Shown here: piece by piece, positions 57,051-64,000 of the stretch
Position numbering within the stretch: position 1 is the stretch's first letter
Layout: every line of letters begins with the position of its first letter
Assembly (NCBI GenBank): GCA_034432655.1
Contig: DAOUBP010000162.1
Coordinates: forward strand, 18,827-82,826
Origin: Anaerolineae bacterium
Lineage (GTDB): Bacteria > Chloroflexota > Anaerolineae > CG2-30-64-16
Length of the DNA stretch: 64,000 nt
Direction of reading: 5' to 3'
Program-made: the position numbers and the translations under genes
The notes under the pieces: model-generated
Database searches by the model: none
What the model was told of the DNA's origin: nothing
What the model saw: the letters and a program-made list of their open reading frames with translations, nothing else

Positions 57051-57059
57051 TGGTATACT
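57051..57059 (+). promoter_or_regulatory. Extended -10 element TGgTATACT
   Basis: About 30 nt upstream of ATG 57091. Confidence 0.45.
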
Positions 57060-57090
57060 TGAATTGCACGGCTATACGGAGGTTCTGCTT

Positions 57091-59433
57091 ATGCGCACAC
57101 GGGACGAGTCGCTCTATATCCCTAAGATGCATCGTATTCATATGATCCTGGGGCAATACCCCATCCTGGGCGAGGTGATCCGCGAACGGATGCGCCAGGA
57201 GCTGTTTCGGCGGGGCGTGATCAGCAAAGAGCGCTTCGAGGCAGAAGCGCGCGAAAAAGCCGTTCAATCGCAAATACGCGAAGGTATTATCAACCCCTAT
57301 CAGGAAGAATCGGCCGAGGTGTGGGAACGGCGCTTGGCGAAAGTGCGGGACAATCTGACGGAGTTCTATTGGGCCTACAACCTGAGCGTACAACTGTTCG
57401 AGGAGATCGTCCGCCAGGTGTTGAATCAGCGCCCCACGGCCGAGCAGGTGTTGAGCCTCAATCCGGAAATGGCCTCCATGGAGATCTTGTTCCAGCAGCT
57501 GGAACGCTTTGAAAGGCTGCCAACGGAGGAAAAAGCCAAAGCCCAACACCATATTCAAGAGACCAAGGTGGTGCTCATCAAGGCGTTGATCAGCGACGAA
57601 CTGGAATTTGTGCGGGTTGCCAAAGAATACCTCACGCTGCAGGACCTCAAGTGGATTCGCGACCACCGCATCGGCCGCGGCAAGATCGGGGGCAAAGCGG
57701 CTGGCCTGGTGCTGGCCTGGAAGGTCCTGGCTTCGACGTTGAGCCGGTTTTGCGACACCTGCCAGCAGATCAACCTGGTCATGCCTGAGACCTACTTTGT
57801 GGGCGCTGATGTAAGCTATGATTTCATGGCCATGAACGATCTGGTCGGCTACTTGAACCAGAAGTATAAGCCGGCGGACCAAATCGAACGGGATTATCCG
57901 GAGCTGCAGGCTGCTTATGCCCGGGGACGCTTTCCGGAGGAAATCCTGGACGAGTTTCGGGAATTGCTGGGCCATCTGGGCAATCAACCGCTGATCGTGC
58001 GCTCGTCCAGCTTGTTGGAAGACAACTTCGGCACATCCTTTGCCGGTATGTACGAAAGCGTTTTTTGTCCCAACCAGGGCACACCCGAGGAGAACCTGGA
58101 GGCCCTCACCCAGGCGATCATCAGAGTCTATGCCAGCATCTACAACCCGAACGTGTTGCTCTATCGCAAACAACATGCCGTTTTAGATTTCGATGAGCGC
58201 ATGGCGGTTATCATCCAGGTGGTGCAGGGAACGCGCTATCGCGACTATTATTTCCCCCCTGTGGCAGGGGTGGCTTACAGCCGCAATCCGTACCTCTGGA
58301 ACCCCAAACTGCGGCGGGAGGACGGCTTTGCCCGGCTGGTTGTGGGTCTGGGCACGCGTTCAGTAGATCGCGGCGGTGAGGACTATCCCAGGTTGGTTGC
58401 GTTGAGTCATCCGGCATTACGGCCGGAAAAGACCGCCAAGGAAATCCGACACTATTCTCAGTACTACATGGATGTCATCAATCTGGCTGCCAACCGCTTT
58501 GTGACGCAGCCGATCCATGAGGTTCTGGCCGGCGACTACCCGGGTTTGCGGATGCTGGCCTCTGTGCTCAGAGACGATGAGCTCAGCCCCATGGTCACGA
58601 CCGATCGCAGTCTGGACCCACGGTCGCTGGTGGTTACCCTGGATGGCTTGTTGACGCAAACATCCTTTGCCGCCGATCTGCGCACCGTGCTCAAAGCGCT
58701 TGAGGTCGCTTACAACCATCCGGTAGATGTCGAATTCACGGTGAGCCTGGCCACCGATTACCCGCCGCGCGTCAACCTGCATCTGCTACAATGCCGGCCG
58801 CAGATCAATCCCCTGGATACAGAGAAGATCAGTTTGCCGCAGAATCTGCCCCAGGCCGACATCATCTTCGGCACCAACAAGCTGGTGCCCACAGGCGCAG
58901 TGCGTGGGATAACTTACATCGTTTACTTTGACCCGGAGAAGTATGCCCTGGCCACTCCCAGCCAGAAACTGGAGCTGGCGCGGCTGGTGAGCCGGCTCAA
59001 CCAACGTCTAGAGGGTCAACGATTCATCCTGATGGGACCAGGCCGCTGGGGCAGCTCGAATCCCGATCTTGGCCTCAAAGTCAACTACTCGGACTTCTAC
59101 AACACCCGGGCGCTGGTCGAGATCGCCTGGCCGGGCAGACAGATGACGCCGACCCTCTCCTACGGCACGCACTTCTTCCAAGACCTGGTCGAATCGCGCA
59201 TTTTCCCCCTGGCGATCTATCCCGGCCAGCCGGATAATCCGTTCAACAGCGCGTTCTTCACCTCGGCATTGAACGCGTTACCGGCGTTGTTGCCCGCGGA
59301 CGCTGGTTGGGCAGACTTCGTGAAAGTGATCAACGTGCCGGCCACCACCGGCGGCCGGGTTTTGGACCTGGTCATGAGCGGCGATGAAGGCCGTGCACTA
59401 GCTTACCTGACCAGCCCACGCTCGCAAAGCTAG
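57091..59433 (+). CDS. PEP/pyruvate-binding (PPDK_N ATP-grasp) domain protein without a phosphocarrier domain
   Basis: GKIGGKAAGL, IVRSSSLLEDNFGTSFAGMYES, DERMAVIIQ, LGTRSVDR, LLQCRP, GPGRWGS, GTHFFQDL. Confidence 0.85.
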   Translation: MRTRDESLYIPKMHRIHMILGQYPILGEVIRERMRQELFRRGVISKERFEAEAREKAVQSQIREGIINPYQEESAEVWERRLAKVRDNLTEFYWAYNLSVQLFEEIVRQVLNQRPTAEQVLSLNPEMASMEILFQQLERFERLPTEEKAKAQHHIQETKVVLIKALISDELEFVRVAKEYLTLQDLKWIRDHRIGRGKIGGKAAGLVLAWKVLASTLSRFCDTCQQINLVMPETYFVGADVSYDFMAMNDLVGYLNQKYKPADQIERDYPELQAAYARGRFPEEILDEFRELLGHLGNQPLIVRSSSLLEDNFGTSFAGMYESVFCPNQGTPEENLEALTQAIIRVYASIYNPNVLLYRKQHAVLDFDERMAVIIQVVQGTRYRDYYFPPVAGVAYSRNPYLWNPKLRREDGFARLVVGLGTRSVDRGGEDYPRLVALSHPALRPEKTAKEIRHYSQYYMDVINLAANRFVTQPIHEVLAGDYPGLRMLASVLRDDELSPMVTTDRSLDPRSLVVTLDGLLTQTSFAADLRTVLKALEVAYNHPVDVEFTVSLATDYPPRVNLHLLQCRPQINPLDTEKISLPQNLPQADIIFGTNKLVPTGAVRGITYIVYFDPEKYALATPSQKLELARLVSRLNQRLEGQRFILMGPGRWGSSNPDLGLKVNYSDFYNTRALVEIAWPGRQMTPTLSYGTHFFQDLVESRIFPLAIYPGQPDNPFNSAFFTSALNALPALLPADAGWADFVKVINVPATTGGRVLDLVMSGDEGRALAYLTSPRSQS

Positions 59434-59444
59434 GGGAGAACCAC

Positions 59445-60725
59445 ATGGGAAACTGCCTGGACCTGACCCTGGACGCCATTGCCCACGGTGGCGAGGCGAT
59501 TGGCCATCACACAGGCAAGACGGTTTTTGTGCCGTATGCCATCCCGGGCGAGCGCGTTCGCGTCGAAATCGTGGAAGAAAAGGCGCGCTGGGCGCGTGGC
59601 CGGTTGGTTGAAGTGCTTGTCTCCAGCAGCGATCGGATAGCCCCGCCCTGCCCCTACTTCGGCCCAGGCCAGTGCGGCGGTTGCCAATGGCAACACATCG
59701 CCTACCCACGACAGGCGGAGCTGAAACAAGCCATTGTAGCCGATCAGCTGCGCCGCCTGGGCCGGATCAGCGACCCACCGGTGGCCGACATCGTCGCGTT
59801 GGCCGATCCGGCGGCACCCGAAGACGCCCCTCGCTTTCTGGCGTATGGTTATCGCAACCATGTGCAGTTTGCCCTGACGTCGGACGGACAAACCGGGTTC
59901 CGACGCACGGCCAGCCACGATGTCCTGCCAGTAGCGCGTTGCCTGCTCCTGCACGACTTGCTCGACGAACTGCACAGCGCTCTGGAGCTTGCAGATTTTC
60001 CGCTCCAGGAGATCAGCCTGCGGGCCGGGATCAACACCGGCGAGACTCTGATCCTCCTGGTCGGCGTCACAGAAGAACAACCCGAACTGGAGCTTAACCT
60101 GTCCGCAGCGGTCGCGCTGCGCACCTCGCGCGGCCTCCAACCGTTGATCGGCCATCCCTGGCTGACCGAGGAGGTGCTGGGGCGACGTTACCGCGTCTCG
60201 GCCGAAAGTTTTTTCCAGGTGAACACGGTGGGGGCTGCTGCGTTGGTAGAGCTGGTGACCGCTTATGCGGACGTGCGGCCGGGAGACGTGGTCCTGGACG
60301 CCTATTGCGGTGTGGGCCTGTTCTCCCTGCCGCTAGCCGACAGGGCAGGCAAGCTGATCGGCGTGGAAGAGGCGCCTTCGGCTTGCGATGACTTCGCGTT
60401 CAACGCGCGCGACCTGGACAACGTCGAACTGCATGAAGGGCCGGTCGAGGCGGTGTTGCCTGCACTGCAAACAGCAGGACAGCATATAGACGTGGCAGTG
60501 ATGGATCCGCCCCGCGCGGGAGCCGGGCAGGAAGTAATCACCCAACTGGCAGCACTGGCGCCCCGGCGTATTGTGTACGTCTCTTGTGATCCTGCTACCC
60601 TGGCGCGCGATGCCGTTCACCTATCGCAGGCAGGTTTCCACCTGGTTGAAACGCAGCCGGTTGATCTCTTCCCGCAGACGTTTCATGTGGAGACAATCGC
60701 CCTGTGGGAAAGTTTGGCCACGTGA
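59445..60725 (+). CDS. rlmD: RlmD/TrmA-family RNA (uracil-5)-methyltransferase
   Basis: TRAM domain, CPYFGPGQCGGCQWQH, FFQVN, DAYCGVG, DPPRAG, YVSCDPATLARD. Confidence 0.9.
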   Translation: MGNCLDLTLDAIAHGGEAIGHHTGKTVFVPYAIPGERVRVEIVEEKARWARGRLVEVLVSSSDRIAPPCPYFGPGQCGGCQWQHIAYPRQAELKQAIVADQLRRLGRISDPPVADIVALADPAAPEDAPRFLAYGYRNHVQFALTSDGQTGFRRTASHDVLPVARCLLLHDLLDELHSALELADFPLQEISLRAGINTGETLILLVGVTEEQPELELNLSAAVALRTSRGLQPLIGHPWLTEEVLGRRYRVSAESFFQVNTVGAAALVELVTAYADVRPGDVVLDAYCGVGLFSLPLADRAGKLIGVEEAPSACDDFAFNARDLDNVELHEGPVEAVLPALQTAGQHIDVAVMDPPRAGAGQEVITQLAALAPRRIVYVSCDPATLARDAVHLSQAGFHLVETQPVDLFPQTFHVETIALWESLAT

Positions 60726-60733
60726 GACGGCTG

Positions 60734-60742
60734 TGCTACAAT
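60734..60742 (+). promoter_or_regulatory. Extended -10 element TGcTACAAT
   Basis: Upstream of the Wzc-like gene. Confidence 0.45.
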
Positions 60743-60806
60743 TGAACCCAAGCTGGTGGGATGACGACGGATCATGCCATCAGGGGTCTGTTTTGTGGAG
60801 CAGAGG

Positions 60807-62429
60807 ATGGAACTACGTCAGTATGTTGCGCTAATCAGAAAATGGCTCTGGCTGATTGTCCTGTGTACTGTGGTGGCAGCCGCGGCGGCCTACGTGGTCA
60901 GTCGCAACAGCCAGAAAATATACCAGGCCTCGGCCACGTTGATGGTCAACCAGGCCGCGAATCCTTCCGGTTCTACCGCTTACTCGGACATTTTGACCAG
61001 TGAACGCCTGGCACGCACTTACGCCAACCTGCTGACCAGCCGTCCGGTGCTCGAAGAGACGGCTAACCGGCTGGGCATCCCGGCCCGCGGCCTGGAACGC
61101 AGCATCAACGTCACACCGGTACGTGATACGCAGCTCCTGACGATTAAAGTCGAGGGGGCTGATCCGGCCCTGGCGGCGGCGATCGCCAACACCTTGCCAC
61201 AAGTTTTCATCGAACAAAATCGCGAGTGGCAGTTGGGGCGGGTCCTTGAAGCACGCGCCACGCTGGAAGAAGAGATCAACAATACACTGAACGATATCGC
61301 CCGCACTCAACAGGAGCTGAAAGCGGCGACCGATGACGCCACGCGCACCCGCCTGGAAACCAGCCTGGCGCAGTATCGCACCACCTATTCCAGTTTGGTG
61401 GCCAGCTATCAGCAGGCTAAGTTGACAGAGAGTCAATCCATCAACAATATCGTCATCGCCGAGCCGGCCACTGTCCCGGTTGTCCCCATTCGACCGCGCA
61501 CTACCACCAACACGCTGCTGGCCGCAGTGGTCGGTGTGATGATCGCGTTGGGCGCTGCGTTTCTGATCGAGTACCTGGACGACACGGTAAAGACGCCGGA
61601 CGACATCAACCGGGTCAGCGGCCTCTCGACCCTGGGCGCGATCGCGCGGTTGAAGGATACTGGTGGCGCCCGTCAGCTGATCGCCTGGCTGCGCACAAAA
61701 GCCCCTGAGACAGAAGCCTATCGCACCCTGCGCACCAATATCCAGTTTTCTAGCGTGGATAAACCGATCCGTACATTGCTGGTCACCAGCTCAAGCCCTG
61801 GGGAAGGCAAAAGCACCACCACTGCCAACCTTGCAGTGGTGCTCGCGCAAACCGGACAGCGTGTGGTCGTGGTGGATACAGACTTGCGCCGGCCTGTACA
61901 GCATAAAATATTCGGCGTACCGAACAACACCGGCCTGACCACAGCATTGCTGAACGGCGATAGCATCCACCTGGACGGCCATCTGCAGCCCACGGAGATC
62001 GAGAACCTGCAAGTACTGACCAGCGGCCCTATTCCGCCCAACCCATCCGAACTCCTTGGCTCGCACCGCATGTCGAGGCTGATCGAGACCCTCTCCCAAC
62101 AGGCCGACATCATCCTCTTCGACAGCCCGCCGGTGCTGGCCGTCACCGACGCCGCCGTCCTGGGACGCCAGGTGGATGGTGTGCTGCTGGTGGCAGATGC
62201 CGGGACGACCCGGGAACATGCCCTGGCCAATGCCGCAGAGGAATTACGCAAGACGGGCGCCAATGTCTTGGGCGTCGCTCTAAACCGGCTGGATGCTCGT
62301 CGCGGCGGTTATTATTACTATTACTACTATTACTACACCGATGAGAGCGGCGAACGCCGACGTCGCTCGGACGTCGAAAACGTCAACCTGTCCAGGTTGA
62401 GGCTGCCCTGGCAGCGTAAGGCCGCTTGA
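60807..62429 (+). CDS. Polysaccharide co-polymerase / BY-kinase fusion (Wzc/CpsCD-like)
   Basis: Two TM segments; EAYRTLRTN, TSSSPGEGKST, VDTDLRRP, FDSPP; Tyr cluster GGYYYYYYYYY. Confidence 0.93.
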   Translation: MELRQYVALIRKWLWLIVLCTVVAAAAAYVVSRNSQKIYQASATLMVNQAANPSGSTAYSDILTSERLARTYANLLTSRPVLEETANRLGIPARGLERSINVTPVRDTQLLTIKVEGADPALAAAIANTLPQVFIEQNREWQLGRVLEARATLEEEINNTLNDIARTQQELKAATDDATRTRLETSLAQYRTTYSSLVASYQQAKLTESQSINNIVIAEPATVPVVPIRPRTTTNTLLAAVVGVMIALGAAFLIEYLDDTVKTPDDINRVSGLSTLGAIARLKDTGGARQLIAWLRTKAPETEAYRTLRTNIQFSSVDKPIRTLLVTSSSPGEGKSTTTANLAVVLAQTGQRVVVVDTDLRRPVQHKIFGVPNNTGLTTALLNGDSIHLDGHLQPTEIENLQVLTSGPIPPNPSELLGSHRMSRLIETLSQQADIILFDSPPVLAVTDAAVLGRQVDGVLLVADAGTTREHALANAAEELRKTGANVLGVALNRLDARRGGYYYYYYYYYTDESGERRRRSDVENVNLSRLRLPWQRKAA

Positions 62430-62444
62430 GCAATACGTTCATCG

Positions 62445-62474
62445 GGGGCTGCCAGGCTGAGTTCTGGCAGCCCC
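62445..62474 (+). terminator. GC-rich hairpin after the Wzc-like gene
   Basis: GGGGCTGCCAG/CTGGCAGCCCC 11-bp stem; no U-tract. Confidence 0.45.
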
Positions 62475-62484
62475 ACAACTCTCT

Positions 62485-63594
62485 ATGGCCTTCTCAATCT
62501 ATCGCCTGCTGGCTATCACCGTCAAAGAATTGCGCCACATCACGCGCGATGTACGCATCTTCTTTTTAGTTACACTCTCGCCGGCTTTCCTGCTCCTTGT
62601 ACTGGCGAACATCTTTGCCCTGGATGCCGGCAATGCCACGGTGGCATGGCTGGATTACGATCGCACCCCCACCTCCCGCGCTTATCGGGCCGCGATCACC
62701 GCCGACGGCACCTTCCGCATTACCGAAATCGTCGAGACCTATCAGGCGGTCGAAACAGCCCTGGCGCAAGGCCGGGTGGATGTGGCGCTGATCATCCCTG
62801 CCGGCTTCGAGGCCGATCTGCTGCGCGGCGTCCGGCCGGCCGTGTTGCAGGCAACGGCCGACGGCACGGATGCCATCATCGCTTCGCAGTTTCTGGGCAA
62901 CCTTTCGGCGCGCACTGCGGCCTTCGGTGCGACGCTGACCGGGACATCTGGGCGCCTGGAGGCGCGCAGGAGAGCCTGGTACAACGGCGAGCTGAAGTCG
63001 CTTTGGAGTATGGTGCCAGGCCTGGTGGCCATTGTGTTGATCCTGCCGTCTCTGGCGTTGACGTTGGCGGTGACCCGCGAAGGAGAGGTCGGCACGCTCG
63101 AAGCGTTGATTGCCTCGCCGGTACGCGGGACCGAGTTCCTGTTGGGCAAGCTGATAGCTTACATCCTCAGCGGTGTGGTCAGCGCAGGGCTGACAGTCGC
63201 CGCGGCCATCGCCTGGTTTGGCGTGCCGTTCCGCGGCAGCCTGCCGCTATTCTTGCTGTTAACCGTGGATTTTTTCCTGGCCTGTATGGGGGTCAGCCTG
63301 TTGATCGCCCAGTTCGTCCCTAGCCAACAGACCGCCATGCTGATGGTGCTCTTCGTCTTCTTTGTGCCGGCCTTCTTCGTCTCCGGATTGATTCAACCGG
63401 TGAACTCCGACTCAACGGCTTCGCTTGCCGTCTCTTACGCGCTGCCCTCCACCCATTTCATCGCTATTGCGCGCGCCCTCTTTCTGAAAGGCACTGCGCT
63501 GGACGGCCTGACCTTCCACGCCGGCATGTTGGCCCTCACCGGCGCTGTGGGGACGTTGGCCAGCCTGGCCGTCTTCCGTAAACGCATCGGTTGA
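62485..63594 (+). CDS. ABC-2 type transporter permease
   Basis: KELRHITRD, DGTDA, WYNGEL, TREGEVGTLEAL, PSTHFI. Confidence 0.9.
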   Translation: MAFSIYRLLAITVKELRHITRDVRIFFLVTLSPAFLLLVLANIFALDAGNATVAWLDYDRTPTSRAYRAAITADGTFRITEIVETYQAVETALAQGRVDVALIIPAGFEADLLRGVRPAVLQATADGTDAIIASQFLGNLSARTAAFGATLTGTSGRLEARRRAWYNGELKSLWSMVPGLVAIVLILPSLALTLAVTREGEVGTLEALIASPVRGTEFLLGKLIAYILSGVVSAGLTVAAAIAWFGVPFRGSLPLFLLLTVDFFLACMGVSLLIAQFVPSQQTAMLMVLFVFFVPAFFVSGLIQPVNSDSTASLAVSYALPSTHFIAIARALFLKGTALDGLTFHAGMLALTGAVGTLASLAVFRKRIG

Positions 63595-63600
63595 GGACAT

Positions 63601-64000
63601 ATGTGGCACCGCATCTGGAGCCTGGCGACCAAAGAATTCCTCCAGCTGACGCGCGATCGGCTGATGGTCACTTTTTTGATCCTGTTGCCCGTGTTGCAGC
63701 TGGTGCTGTTGGCGCAGGCAACAGGCCAGGGCGTGCGCAGGCTGTCGCTGGCTGTGGCCGACCTGGATCAAACAGCGCTCAGCCGCAATTTGATCCAGGC
63801 GTTCGACAACGCGCCGGAGCTGACATGGCGTTACGCGCCGGCCGACACAAAAGCTCTGACTGCCCTGGTCGAAGAGGGCAGGGTCGTAGCAGGCGTGGTC
63901 ATCCCATCCGGTTTCGGCGCCGCATTAATGGCCGGCAAGGCTGTGCCTCCCTTGCAAGTGCTGGTAGACGGCAGCAACACAGTGACCGCGGCAACCGCAC
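63601..64000 (+). CDS. ABC-2 type transporter permease (truncated by window end)
   Basis: MWHRIWSLATKEFLQLTRDRL..., VADLDQTALSR, VDGSN; open to the end of the window. Confidence 0.85.
   Translation, partial: MWHRIWSLATKEFLQLTRDRLMVTFLILLPVLQLVLLAQATGQGVRRLSLAVADLDQTALSRNLIQAFDNAPELTWRYAPADTKALTALVEEGRVVAGVVIPSGFGAALMAGKAVPPLQVLVDGSNTVTAATA

Overview
High-GC bacterial chromosomal segment, most likely Chloroflexota (Anaerolineae-like; inferred from gene repertoire and repeat style, not from a marker gene). No rRNA, tRNA, CRISPR or transposase was seen. The dominant feature is a ~23 kb minus-strand Wood-Ljungdahl (CODH/ACS) cluster at 6.8-30.2 kb. In transcription order: Cys-rich/HMA ORF, cooS, acsB, CBS protein, FNR, acsD, acsC, nfnA, nfnB, acsV (RACo), GNAT, cooC/acsF, Zn-ADH, HEAT protein, acsE, malic enzyme, TrxB-like flavoprotein lacking CxxC, folD, four-helix-bundle gene, metV, metF. 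Directly upstream are a GAF-HisKA_2 kinase and a REC-ANTAR regulator. Between them and the operon lies a leader with an extended -10 box, two tandem hairpins and an intrinsic terminator, a candidate RNA antitermination switch. The ORF track misses a selenocysteine (TGA) peroxiredoxin-glutaredoxin fusion (2448-3215) with a SECIS-like hairpin. Many gene junctions carry head-to-head arrays of 7-bp repeats. One pair encloses the four-helix-bundle gene, and an apparently empty copy of the same pair lies at 25.1 kb. Two proteins (QueA, YyaL-like) carry in-frame repeat-derived insertions. The right half is mostly housekeeping (rfbC, GMC oxidase, GH5, nfo, pduO, degV, rnhA, tsaD, FAAL, comEC, AAC(6')-I-like GNAT, rlmD-like, Wzc-like kinase, ABC permeases).
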